NCBI GenBank assembly: GCA_963666515.2
Contig: OY762897.2
Span: forward strand, 3,008,001-3,072,000
Length of the DNA stretch: 64,000 bases
Origin: Candidatus Binatia bacterium
Lineage (GTDB): Bacteria > Desulfobacterota > Binatia > UBA9968 > JAJDTQ01
Reading direction: 5' to 3'
Numbering within the stretch: position 1 is the first letter of the stretch; every line of letters starts with the position of its first letter. Below are positions 40,738 through 49,482 of the stretch, in pieces. The notes beneath the pieces were generated by a model. The model had not been told where the DNA came from. It did not search any database and saw nothing but the letters and a program-made list of their open reading frames with translations. A program made the position numbers and the translations under genes.

Positions 40738-41697
40738 CTATCCGCTCTGCCCCGGCTCCTGGTTGCCGCGCCTCGCGGTGTGGCCCAGCACCGTGGTGGC
40801 GGCGCCGATCATGGAGGTGAGGTCGCTCAGGTTGGCGGGGACGATGAGGGTGTTGCCTTCCTTGGCGAGGTTGCCGAAGCGCTCCAGGTAGTTCTCGGCG
40901 ACGCGAAGCTGCATGGCCTTGTCACCGCCTTCCGAGTCCAGCGCCTCCGCCACCTTCTTGAGCCCTTCGGCGGTCGCTCCGGCCACCGCGAGAATGGCCG
41001 CGGCCTCGCCTTCGGCCTCGTTGATCTGCCGCTGCTTGGCGGCCTCCGAAGCCTTGATGACCTGCTGCTTCTCGCCTTCGGCCTCGTTGATCTTGGCGTC
41101 GCGTTCGCCCTCGGACGACAGCACGGTGGCGCGCTTCTCCCGCTCCGCCCGCATCTGTTTCTCCATGGCCGACAACACGTCCGACGGCGGATTGATGTTC
41201 TTGATCTCGTAGCGCAGCACCTTGACGCCCCACGGATCGGACGCCTTGTCCAACTCCTCGACGACGCTCTGGTTGATGTGGCCTCGCTCCTCGAAGGTCC
41301 GGTCCAGCTCGATCTTGCCGATCTCGCTGCGCAGCGTGGTCTGGGCGAGCTGGGAGATGGCGAACACGTAGTTGCCGATGCCGTAGGACGCCCTTTCCGG
41401 GTCCACCACCTGGAGGTAAAGCACGCCGTCCACCCCCACCTGGACGTTGTCCGAGGTGATGCAGACCTGTTCCTCGATGTCCATGGCGTGCTCCTTGAGG
41501 CTGTGCCGGTAGGCCACCCGCTCCAGGAACGGCACCAGGATGTTGAATCCCGGCTTGAGCGTGCGCGAGTACTTGCCGAGGTTCTCGATGACGTAGGCGT
41601 TCTGCTGAGGCACCACCACTGCGGTCTTGATGAGAACGATGAGCACGACGAGGGCGATGACGCCCGCGGTGATCAGGAAACCCAGATTCGCATCCAT
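40738..41697 (-). CDS. SPFH/stomatin-like protein (QmcA-like)
   Basis: CITSDNV, QLAQTTLRSEIG, WGVKVLRYEIK, MEKQMRAEREKRA. Confidence 0.94.
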   Translation of the reverse strand: MDANLGFLITAGVIALVVLIVLIKTAVVVPQQNAYVIENLGKYSRTLKPGFNILVPFLERVAYRHSLKEHAMDIEEQVCITSDNVQVGVDGVLYLQVVDPERASYGIGNYVFAISQLAQTTLRSEIGKIELDRTFEERGHINQSVVEELDKASDPWGVKVLRYEIKNINPPSDVLSAMEKQMRAEREKRATVLSSEGERDAKINEAEGEKQQVIKASEAAKQRQINEAEGEAAAILAVAGATAEGLKKVAEALDSEGGDKAMQLRVAENYLERFGNLAKEGNTLIVPANLSDLTSMIGAATTVLGHTARRGNQEPGQSG

Positions 41698-42165
41698 TTA
41701 CTTGCCCCTTTCGGATTCGTTCACGATGTCGTCCGCCAAGCCCTCAATGGAAAGGTTCACGCTGTCCCGTCCCACCACCCGCGCACGGGCGCCCGCGGTG
41801 ATCGGCGCCGTGCCCACGTTGACCGCGGTCCATTGCGTCCCTTGCAGGATGACCCGGGTCTCTCCGCCGCGCGGCACGTCTTCACCGACCGATACGATCC
41901 GTCCGGCCACCTTGTACTCGAAACCCGGGAGCCCGCCGCGAATCCGGTCGTAGAGCCTCCCCCGGAACAGCACCATGGACGCGACCGCGAGAACCGCGAA
42001 GGCCAACAATTGACCCCACACGGGCAGCTCCACTCCAGCCAGCCCGATGATCCCCACGCAGACCGCGGCGGCGCCGACGAAGATAAGATAGAACGCGGCG
42101 TCGACCGCGGTCAGCTCCAGCCCCATCAAGATGATACCGATGCTCACCCAACCCCACCAAGGCAT
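41698..42165 (-). CDS. NfeD family membrane protein
   Basis: N-terminal TM helices and C-terminal OB-like GTQWTA; paired with SPFH. Confidence 0.88.
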   Translation of the reverse strand: MPWWGWVSIGIILMGLELTAVDAAFYLIFVGAAAVCVGIIGLAGVELPVWGQLLAFAVLAVASMVLFRGRLYDRIRGGLPGFEYKVAGRIVSVGEDVPRGGETRVILQGTQWTAVNVGTAPITAGARARVVGRDSVNLSIEGLADDIVNESERGK

Positions 42166-42315
42166 GCCCCTGCTCCTTCAACTTTGGACCGCCGGCTTCC
42201 TCACCGGTTGCTTCAATGACCCGCCATGACGGTTTCCGCCGGTATTGGTTTACCCGGCCGGTACGAGTATGCTGAATTACACGGGCTGGATCAATCCCGC
42301 CAAGGAGGTGCCGCC

Positions 42316-43086
42316 GTGACCTCGCCGGATCAATTCATCGTCGAACTGTGGGAGTACGCAAACCAGGTGCCAATGGTGGAGCACCCCTGGTTCAAGGGCA
42401 TCGTCGACCACCGCTGGAGCCGGGAACAGATCGTCCTGGGCGAGGTGCAGCACTATCTCCGGGTGCGCACCAACCCCATCTACTTCGGCTACATGGCGGT
42501 CAACGCGGTGGCGAACCGGGAACAGGGGCTGGCGGACGTGGTGCTGGAGAACTTCATGGAAGAGCTGTCGGGCGACCGCAGCCACGTGGACATCATGTAC
42601 CAGTTTCTGGAAGAAGCCGGGATCTCGCGCGAGGATGCGGACAATGCCGAGCCCACGCCCGGCACGCTGGCGGCCATCGAGATGATCATCGGCTGCTGCC
42701 AGCGAAGGTCGGCGCTGGAAGGCGTGGCCATGCTCGCCTTCGTCGAGAGCCAGCACGGCGGGCCCGACGGCGCGGCCGCGCGGGTCTACAAGGAACTGGT
42801 GGGGCACTACGGCTTCTCGGAACGGCAGGTGGAAACGTACCGCATTCACGCGGAACAGGACGTGGGCCACGGCTCCCGGCAGATCGACACCCTCCGCCGG
42901 GCCGCCGCCGATCCCGAAACCCGCGAAAAGATCCGCGGCGCCGTGAAGCTCGGCATCACCGCCTTCACCCTGGAGTGGGACGGCCACGTGCAGGCCATGA
43001 CCGGCCGGCGGGACTTCTGGCCCGGGGTCCGGCCCTTCGACCCGCGTCAGGCCGAGACGAGCCTGCCGGAGACGCGGCAGGCGTAA
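42316..43086 (+). CDS. Heme-oxygenase-like diiron protein (PqqC/CADD/TenA family)
   Basis: HPWF, EE-x6-H (MEELSGDRSH), VESQ, HAEQDVGH; AGGAGG before GTG 42316. Confidence 0.78.
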   Translation: MTSPDQFIVELWEYANQVPMVEHPWFKGIVDHRWSREQIVLGEVQHYLRVRTNPIYFGYMAVNAVANREQGLADVVLENFMEELSGDRSHVDIMYQFLEEAGISREDADNAEPTPGTLAAIEMIIGCCQRRSALEGVAMLAFVESQHGGPDGAAARVYKELVGHYGFSERQVETYRIHAEQDVGHGSRQIDTLRRAAADPETREKIRGAVKLGITAFTLEWDGHVQAMTGRRDFWPGVRPFDPRQAETSLPETRQA

Positions 43087-43159
43087 GAAGCCCGCACCCC
43101 GGCGCCGGGGCAACGATGGCGCCCGACGTGACGGTGCGATCGTCCGGCCGGGGGCCGTC

Positions 43160-43205
43160 TGCATACCCGGCAATGAACCCCGCAGGGGCGACCCACGATC
43201 GCCCT
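43160..43205 (+). repeat. Degenerate REP family A copy with shared flank
   Basis: CATACCCGGCAATGAACCCCGCAGGGGCGACCCACGATCGCCCT versus 60519-60563 CATACCCAGCGATGAACCCCGTAGGGGCGACCCCGCGGTCGCCCT. Confidence 0.7.
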
Positions 43206-43419
43206 AGAACGGCCAGTCGTCCGGCAGCGGCGCGCGCAGCTTCTGGTACTCGGGGTCCTCGCCGCAGGTCTCACCGACGCGTTTCAGCGTCGCGACGAGG
43301 TCGTCGAGTTCCATGTCAAGGGTGTTGGAGACCATACCCGCGGTCTCTTCGAAGCCGAGGCCTCAATTGCCGTATCAGCCACCCATGCGCTTGAAGATGT
43401 ACTTCTCCCGTTCGGTCAT
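43204..43419 (-). CDS. Candidate 71-aa selenoprotein with two in-frame UGA codons (UxxxU)
   Basis: GGAGG RBS 5 nt before ATG; MTEREKYIFKRMGG-TGA-YGN-TGA-GLGFEETAGMVSNTLDMELDDLVATLKRVGETCGEDPEYQKLRAPLPDDWPF-TAG; GC3-rich codons on both sides; downstream hairpin. Confidence 0.65.
43328..43347 (-). promoter_or_regulatory. Candidate SECIS hairpin for the double-UGA gene
   Basis: GAGACCG-CGGGUA-UGGUCUC; the loop starts 23 nt after the second and 35 nt after the first UGA. Confidence 0.45.
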
Positions 43420-43474
43420 GCTTTCCTCCGGGCACTTACCAAGTGCGTTCGAGCGTCATTTTTGACGTCAACCG

Positions 43475-43897
43475 TCAGGCCATCGACGCCTTCTCTCGAC
43501 TTCCGGGCTCTGAGAACCCCACACGCTGAACCGTCACGAGTTCCGTGGTCGCCGCGGGCGACCCGTCCGCCCCGAAACGCACGGTCATGCGCACCAGGAT
43601 CCGCCAATGGATCTTCCGCCATTCGACGGTGGAGATCAAGAAGGTATTCTCCACTACCTCGCCGGCCCGGCCACGGCAGGCAACCACGGCCTCCAGGTCC
43701 GTGCTGGCGGACGGCGCGACTCGGACGTCCGCAAGCTCCCGCAGGCCGCTACGGAACCGCCCGTGCGGGAACCGCGCGTCCAGAAACCGCATGTCGGATG
43801 CGGTGAGGTTGTCGATGCGCCAGGCCACGCGCCAATCCTCGCCGCACCGGACGCAGGATATCTGCGTCGCCCGGACCCGCGGCTCTTCCACTTTCAA
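43475..43897 (-). CDS. Hypothetical protein (140 aa)
   Basis: TTGA overlap with the UbiD stop; ARFPHGRFRS and VVENTFLI motifs; beta-rich. Confidence 0.65.
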   Translation of the reverse strand: MKVEEPRVRATQISCVRCGEDWRVAWRIDNLTASDMRFLDARFPHGRFRSGLRELADVRVAPSASTDLEAVVACRGRAGEVVENTFLISTVEWRKIHWRILVRMTVRFGADGSPAATTELVTVQRVGFSEPGSREKASMA

Positions 43898-45258
43898 TCC
43901 TCCGCGCGCTTCGGACGGTACTCGGCCGCGGCGATGCGGTCGGGGAACTCGATGTCCTCGTTACGGCAGGCGTCGATGATGAGCTTCGAGCCCCAGTCCT
44001 TGCCCGGATGCACCGGATCCAGACGGCTGCCCTTGACGCGGTCGATGATGGAGATGTCGGTGGCGGCGTCCACCCGGGTGGCAACGGCCCACAGCACCTC
44101 TTCCTCGTCGTACACATCGATGTCGGCGTCCACGACGACGACGTGCTTCAGCAACTCCGAGCCCGTGAACGCGGCCATGGCCGCCAGCTTGGCTTCGCCC
44201 TCGCAACGCTTGTCGATGCTGATGTAGCAGTGGAAACGGCCGGCGCCGCTCAGGGGCAGGCACACCGAACGCACCGTGGGCACCACCGCCTGGACCTTGC
44301 GGTAGATGCTGCCTTCCTTGGGCACGGCGCCCAGCAGGCGGTGGTCCCGGTGGCCCGCCAGGATGTCCATGCACCAGGCGTCGCGGCGGTGGGTGATGGC
44401 GGTGACCTCCACCACCGGCGATTCCCCCGCGGGACCGTACAGACCGGTGAAGTCTCCGAAGGGTCCCTCCACCTCCCGCTGGTGCGGCAGCACCCAGCCC
44501 TCGATGACCATCTCGGCGTCCGCGGGCACCAGCAATTCGTCGCCGAAGGTCTCGGACGGCACCAGCCGCAACGGCTCGCCCATCAACCCGCCGATGCTCT
44601 CGTACTCGTCGTCGGCGATGCCGTTCAGGATGCAGTTGCCGAGGTAGTAGGCCGGATGGTGGCCGACGACGCAGGCCACCGGCAGCGCCTCGCCGCGCTC
44701 CTCCGCGCGCATGAAGTAGTCCCAGAGATGCCGGCGCTCGAAGAACATGACGAGGTGGTTGGGGTCGCGCACGTAGCACCGGTGGAACGAGGAGTTGTAG
44801 ACGCCGGTGTCCGGGTCCCTGGCGCACCAGGTCATGGTCAGGTAGGGGCCGAGATCAGCCACGTGATGGGTCAGCACCGGCAGAAAGTGTAGGTTAGGGT
44901 CCATCCTGACCTGCTTGACCGGCGCGTCCGCGGCGTCCACCACCACGGGTTTTTCCCGCCGCGCCTCCCGGGCCTGGAACTCCAGCATCAGCTCCCGCCC
45001 GGCCTGCTCCGGCGGCAGGTCGAGCGCCACCGCGCAGGCCGCGCGCGACGCGAACACGTTCATCAGCAGAGGGAACTCCGAGGGCTCGCCGCTCAGGTTG
45101 TCGATGTTGGAGAAGAGCACCAGCGGCTCCTGTTTCCGCTTCTCCAGGTCGGCGATCATGGCGCACACTTCCAGGTTGATGTCGTGCTTGTCCGTGACCT
45201 CCAGCAGGCGCTCGGGGGCAAGGCGCCTGACGGACTCGACGTAGCTTCTCAGGTCCAT
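43894..45258 (-). CDS. UbiD family decarboxylase
   Basis: MDLRSYV, YNSSFHR, VPADAEMVIEG, EGPFGDFTG, VVVDADID, VLWAVATR, KLIIDA; start trimmed to ATG 45258. Confidence 0.93.
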   Translation of the reverse strand: MDLRSYVESVRRLAPERLLEVTDKHDINLEVCAMIADLEKRKQEPLVLFSNIDNLSGEPSEFPLLMNVFASRAACAVALDLPPEQAGRELMLEFQAREARREKPVVVDAADAPVKQVRMDPNLHFLPVLTHHVADLGPYLTMTWCARDPDTGVYNSSFHRCYVRDPNHLVMFFERRHLWDYFMRAEERGEALPVACVVGHHPAYYLGNCILNGIADDEYESIGGLMGEPLRLVPSETFGDELLVPADAEMVIEGWVLPHQREVEGPFGDFTGLYGPAGESPVVEVTAITHRRDAWCMDILAGHRDHRLLGAVPKEGSIYRKVQAVVPTVRSVCLPLSGAGRFHCYISIDKRCEGEAKLAAMAAFTGSELLKHVVVVDADIDVYDEEEVLWAVATRVDAATDISIIDRVKGSRLDPVHPGKDWGSKLIIDACRNEDIEFPDRIAAAEYRPKRAED

Positions 45259-45331
45259 CGCCAGAGTGTACGGTCCGGCAACGTGCCCGTCAACGTCGAG
45301 CGGGCGAGGACCGGATTCCGGCGCCCCTTCT

Positions 45332-45416
45332 CTGGACCCCGGATCAAGTCCGGGGTGACGGTGCGGGAGTTCGGGGTGACGCTTTCCGTCATTCCGGGCT
45401 TGACCCGGAATCCAGG
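45332..45416. repeat. Inverted pair of family B palindromes
   Basis: CTGGACCCCGGATCAAGTCCGGGGTGACGG ... CCGTCATTCCGGGCTTGACCCGGAATCCAGG; the second copy is the exact reverse complement of 59181-59211. Confidence 0.8.
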
Positions 45417-45504
45417 TGGGGCGGTCCGTTGCAATCGCTCCAGGAAAGGAACAGTCTTGAGTTTCGCCCCTCCATCCGACCAGAGGGATTAGAGCTTCGG
45501 CCCC

Positions 45505-46473
45505 ATGAGCACGACCACTAACGATCGGAACCACACGATCCACCTGACCGTCCCGCAAATGCTCCACGGTAAACGGCTGGATGCTACCCTCGCCGCACTG
45601 TTGCCCGACTACTCACGATCGAGGCTCCAGCGGCTGGTCCGGGAGGGGTACGTCCGGATCGACGGCCGTGCGCCGGAGTGCTCCGACAAGGTCGCGGCCG
45701 GAGCCTCTATTGAGCTGGAGTTGCCGGAGCCCGCCGAGGTCTCCTGGAAGGCGCAGCCCATCCCGCTTGAAATCATCCATGAAGACGAAGCCCTGCTGGT
45801 GATCAACAAGCCACCGGGCATGGTGGTCCATCCCGGCGCGGGCAATCCCGAGGGCACGCTGCTGAACGCGGTCATGCACCACGCGCCGGCGCTCGAGGCC
45901 GTCCCCAGGGCCGGCATCGTCCACCGGCTCGACAAGGACACATCGGGCCTGCTGGTGGTGGCCAAGACCGATGTCGTGCGGCTTAGGCTGGTGCGGGAGC
46001 TGCAGGCGCGGCGCATCAAGCGGGAATACCTGGCGCTGGTGCGCGGCGTCCTCCGCGCCGGCGGCTCCGTCACCGCCCCCATCGGACGGCACCCGGTTCA
46101 CCGCACCCGCATGTCGGTGCAACGGCGCGGCAAGGAGGCCACCAGCCACTACAGCGTGAAGGCGGCGTACCGGAACCACACCATGCTGAGGGTCCGGCTG
46201 GAATCCGGACGCACCCACCAGATCCGGGTGCACATGGCGCATATCGGACACCCCGTGGTGGGCGATCCGGTGTACGGCGGCCGGAGCGCCGCCGGCAAGG
46301 GTCAGGGGACAAGGCTCACGGAGTCGTTGCGCGGCTTCCGGCGTCAGGCGCTGCACGCCGAGCGGCTGGGGCTGAGCCACCCCGAGACCGGCGAGTCCAT
46401 GAAATGGACGGCGCCCATGCCTCCGGACATGCGGGCGCTCGTGGAGGCGCTCGCGGAAGACGCGCGTTCATGA
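45505..46473 (+). CDS. rluD: 23S rRNA pseudouridine synthase RluD
   Basis: S4 domain RLDATLA, VINKPPGMVVHPGAG, GIVHRLDKDTSG, GRTHQIRVH, GDPVYG, RQALHA. Confidence 0.95.
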   Translation: MSTTTNDRNHTIHLTVPQMLHGKRLDATLAALLPDYSRSRLQRLVREGYVRIDGRAPECSDKVAAGASIELELPEPAEVSWKAQPIPLEIIHEDEALLVINKPPGMVVHPGAGNPEGTLLNAVMHHAPALEAVPRAGIVHRLDKDTSGLLVVAKTDVVRLRLVRELQARRIKREYLALVRGVLRAGGSVTAPIGRHPVHRTRMSVQRRGKEATSHYSVKAAYRNHTMLRVRLESGRTHQIRVHMAHIGHPVVGDPVYGGRSAAGKGQGTRLTESLRGFRRQALHAERLGLSHPETGESMKWTAPMPPDMRALVEALAEDARS

Positions 46474-46614
46474 CGCCGTGGCTTCGGCGACGTCTCGATT
46501 TGGAGACATGACCCGGGTTCCCTTATTCCGTCTTTTGGTAGTAGTTTAGGGGTAGTAGAATCGTGCGACTCGGACGGGCCGCCCGGCAACCCCACAAAGC
46601 AAAGGAGTCCATCA

Positions 46615-47319
46615 ATGGGTCAACCAGTCAGCGCCTACAACTACGAAACCTTCAACCGATCGGAGAGTTCGGCCAAGGCGGGTGAGTTCGCTGCGCGCCT
46701 GCGTGCGGGCGAGGAGGCGCCCGACTTCAGCCTCCCCACCCTTGACGGCGAGACGGTCCGGCTCTCCGGGTTCAAGGGCAGCAAGCACGTGCTGCTGGAG
46801 TTCGGAAGCATCACCTGACCGCCGTTCGTGGGCGAGGTCTCGCCCCTGAACGAGATGTACCGGACCTATCGGGACAAGGGCTTCGAGTTCCTGACCATCT
46901 ACGTGCGCGAGCCCCATCCGGGAGAGCACTACGGCCCGCACAAGGATTTCGAGCAGAAGGTGGAATACGCCCGCCATTGCCGGGACCAGGACGGCATCGA
47001 GAACCCGCTGCTCGTGGACGACCTCGACGGCACCGTGCACCAGCTCTACGGCGTGCTCCCCAACATGGTCTACATCGTCAGCAAGGAAGGCCGCATCGTC
47101 TACAAGGCCATGTGGACCGACCACGACGAGATCCGGGTGGTGCTGGACAACCTGGTCATGGCCGACGAACTGCGCGCCGAGGGCGTGCGCCTGAAGCCGT
47201 CCCTCACCGAGAAGATCAACTTCATCCCCGCCCAGTACGCCGGCGGCGTCCGCGAGAAGGTCTTCGACCGGGCGGGACCGAAGGCCTGGGAGGACTACCG
47301 GAGCACCTTCGGGGAGTAG
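46615..47319 (+). CDS. Selenocysteine-containing thioredoxin-fold protein, iodothyronine deiodinase-like
   Basis: ORFs 46615-46818 and 46828-47319 are one frame joined by TGA 46816-46818: APDFSL...LLEFGSIT-U-PPF...IYVREPHP...YGVLPN; SECIS follows. Confidence 0.88.
46823..46852 (+). promoter_or_regulatory. Bacterial SECIS element
   Basis: CGUUC-gu-GGGCGA-GGUC-UCGCCC-cu-GAACG; GGUC apical loop begins 18 nt after UGA and resembles the E. coli fdhF AGGUCU loop. Confidence 0.8.
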
Positions 47320-47335
47320 CGACCGCATCTACGAC

Positions 47336-48088
47336 ATGACCGATCCGCTGACGGTGGCCGCGGTGTTCGCGGTCTTCCTGGTGGCGGGAGGGATCAAGGG
47401 CTTGGTGGGCTTCGGCCTGCCCACCGTGAGCTTGGCCTTGCTGACCATGACCCTCGACCTGACGACGGCCATGGTCCTGCTGCTGGCGCCTTCCTTCGCC
47501 ACCAACGTCTGGCAGGCGCTGGCGGGCGGCAACGGCCGCGCCATCGTGACTCGAATCTGGCCGTTTCTCGCCACGGCGACGGCCACCGTGTGGCTGGGAG
47601 CGCTGGTGCTCGTGCGGGTGCACGTGGCATGGCTCTCTGGGCTGCTGGGCCTCCTGCTCGTCACCTACTCGGCGCTGAACCTCGGCGGCGTCCGTTTCGC
47701 GCTTTCAGCGCGGCAGGAGGCCTGGGCCGGTCCCGTGCTCGGCGCCGTCAACGGTGTCCTGACCGGCATGACCGGCACCTTCGTGTTTCCCGGCGTCCTG
47801 TTCCTTCAGGCCATCGGCCTGTCGCGCGACATGCTGGTCCAGGCCCTGGGAATGCTCTTCACCCTGTCCACCGCCGCCCTCGCCCTGGCGCTGTACGGCA
47901 ACGGGCTGCTGCACGTCTCCCTCGGCTCCCTGTCGGCCGCCGCTCTGGTTCCGGCGGCCATCGGCATGGGTCTCGGACAACGCATCCGCAAGCGCCTCTC
48001 CGAGGAAAGGTTTCGCCGGATCCTCTTCATCGCTCTGCTGCTGTTGGGCGTGTACATCGTCATCCGCTCGGTGCGGGCCTTGGCGTAG
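47336..48088 (+). CDS. TauE/SafE (TSUP) family exporter
   Basis: AGGIKGLVGFG, repeated G-x3-GVLTGMTG, about 8 TM helices. Confidence 0.88.
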   Translation: MTDPLTVAAVFAVFLVAGGIKGLVGFGLPTVSLALLTMTLDLTTAMVLLLAPSFATNVWQALAGGNGRAIVTRIWPFLATATATVWLGALVLVRVHVAWLSGLLGLLLVTYSALNLGGVRFALSARQEAWAGPVLGAVNGVLTGMTGTFVFPGVLFLQAIGLSRDMLVQALGMLFTLSTAALALALYGNGLLHVSLGSLSAAALVPAAIGMGLGQRIRKRLSEERFRRILFIALLLLGVYIVIRSVRALA

Positions 48089-48181
48089 TCGGCAGGCGGG
48101 CGGTCCGGGCGTGCCGGCCGCGGTCGCTGATGGACGCAGGTAGAAAAAGGCCCAATCCAAGGAAGGCCTGTTGGACGGCTA

Positions 48182-48199
48182 TTGAGTAAAATTACTCAA
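48182..48199. promoter_or_regulatory. AT-rich inverted repeat, putative operator
   Basis: TTGAGTAA-AA-TTACTCAA ending 17 nt before the ATG of the AAA14 gene. Confidence 0.55.
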
Positions 48200-48216
48200 G
48201 AAGGTAAATTATCTTT

Positions 48217-49482
48217 ATGGGCCTGTTCGAACGCAGACAACTCGCCACTCTGATCGAACGCCTCAACGAGCCTCCGCGCCGTTTGATTTGGCTGACGGGA
48301 CCGCGGCAAGTCGGCAAGACCACCATGATCCGGCAGGCGCGGGACAGGCTCCGCCGCCCCTTTCACCTCGTTCCGGTGGACCAACCCGAGCCGGAGACCT
48401 CGTCGCGCGGCAGGATACTACCGCCTGACGATACCGCCGTAACCACTTTGCGCGAACCGTCCCAACGGGACATCCGATGGCTGGTGCGTGTGTGGGAGCA
48501 AGCCCGGCTGGAGGCGGACCGCTCGGAGCAGGGAAGCGTGCTGGCCCTCGACGAAATCCAGAAAATCCCGAACTGGTCCGAAGCGGTAAAGGGACTGTGG
48601 GACGCGGATCGCCACGAGCGGCGTCGCTTGCATGTGATCCTGTCAGGCTCTGCGCCGCTCCTGATGCAGAGTGGTCTGACCGAAAGCCTCGCCGGGCGCT
48701 TCGAGCCCATTCAACTCAGGCACTGGGCCTTTACGGAAATGTCCGAGGCGTTCGGGTTTGACCTTGGGAAATATGTGTACTTCGGGGGTTATCCGGGTGC
48801 TGCGAAATTCATCGGAGATCACGACCGCTGGCGCGGCTACGTATTGCGCGCGCTGATAGAGCCAAACATCGAGCGCGACATTCTGGCCATGCAAAGGGTC
48901 GACAAGCCCGCCTTGTTGAAGCGGTTGTTCGAGGTCAGTGCCGAGTCTTCCGGGCAGATTCTGGCCTACACCAAGATGCTGGGCCAACTCCAGGACGCGG
49001 GCAACACCACGACCTTGGCCCGATATCTCGACCTGCTGGAGAGGGTCGGGCTGGTGGCCGGGCTTCAGAACTACAGCGGCGGCATCGTGCGCCGCCGGGC
49101 CTCCAAACCGAAACTCAATGTGCTCAACACCGCCTTGATGTCAGCCCAGTCCAGCTATGACTTCAAGGATGCACAGGCAGACCGGACGTTCTGGGGACGT
49201 CTGGTCGAAAGCGCCGCAGGCGCGCATCTGTGGAACACGGCGACCGGGGGAGCCCGCCTGTGGTACTGGCGGCGAAACCCGGACGAGGTGGACTTCGTCC
49301 TGGAACGGGGACCACACTTGGTCGCCTTCGAGGTCAAGAGCCACGAGCGGCAGGCTGACCGCCGTGGGCTCGAAGAGTTCCGCAAGCAATTCCCCCGAGC
49401 GCGGACCGAGCTCGTAGGCGGCGACGGCGTGCCTTTGGCGGAGTTCTTTTCAACTCCGGCAAACGACTGGCTCAAGAACTAA
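48217..49482 (+). CDS. AAA_14 ATPase with C-terminal DUF4143 (PD-(D/E)xK-like) domain
   Basis: GPRQVGKTT, LDEIQ, SGS, ESLAGR, GGYP, YWR...EVDFV...FEVKS. Confidence 0.92.
   Translation: MGLFERRQLATLIERLNEPPRRLIWLTGPRQVGKTTMIRQARDRLRRPFHLVPVDQPEPETSSRGRILPPDDTAVTTLREPSQRDIRWLVRVWEQARLEADRSEQGSVLALDEIQKIPNWSEAVKGLWDADRHERRRLHVILSGSAPLLMQSGLTESLAGRFEPIQLRHWAFTEMSEAFGFDLGKYVYFGGYPGAAKFIGDHDRWRGYVLRALIEPNIERDILAMQRVDKPALLKRLFEVSAESSGQILAYTKMLGQLQDAGNTTTLARYLDLLERVGLVAGLQNYSGGIVRRRASKPKLNVLNTALMSAQSSYDFKDAQADRTFWGRLVESAAGAHLWNTATGGARLWYWRRNPDEVDFVLERGPHLVAFEVKSHERQADRRGLEEFRKQFPRARTELVGGDGVPLAEFFSTPANDWLKN

Noticed and set aside
45259-45567. N-terminal extensions of UbiD (also of the epimerase at 59138-59239 and the amidohydrolase at 63868-63948)
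   Set aside because: They read through intergenic palindromic repeats; the family-typical starts lie downstream.
43204-47319. Genome-wide UGA reassignment (code 4 or 25) as the explanation for in-frame TGA
   Set aside because: Many conserved genes here end properly at TGA, often with ATGA/GTGA overlaps (ntrC, E1 alpha, MBL, fitA).
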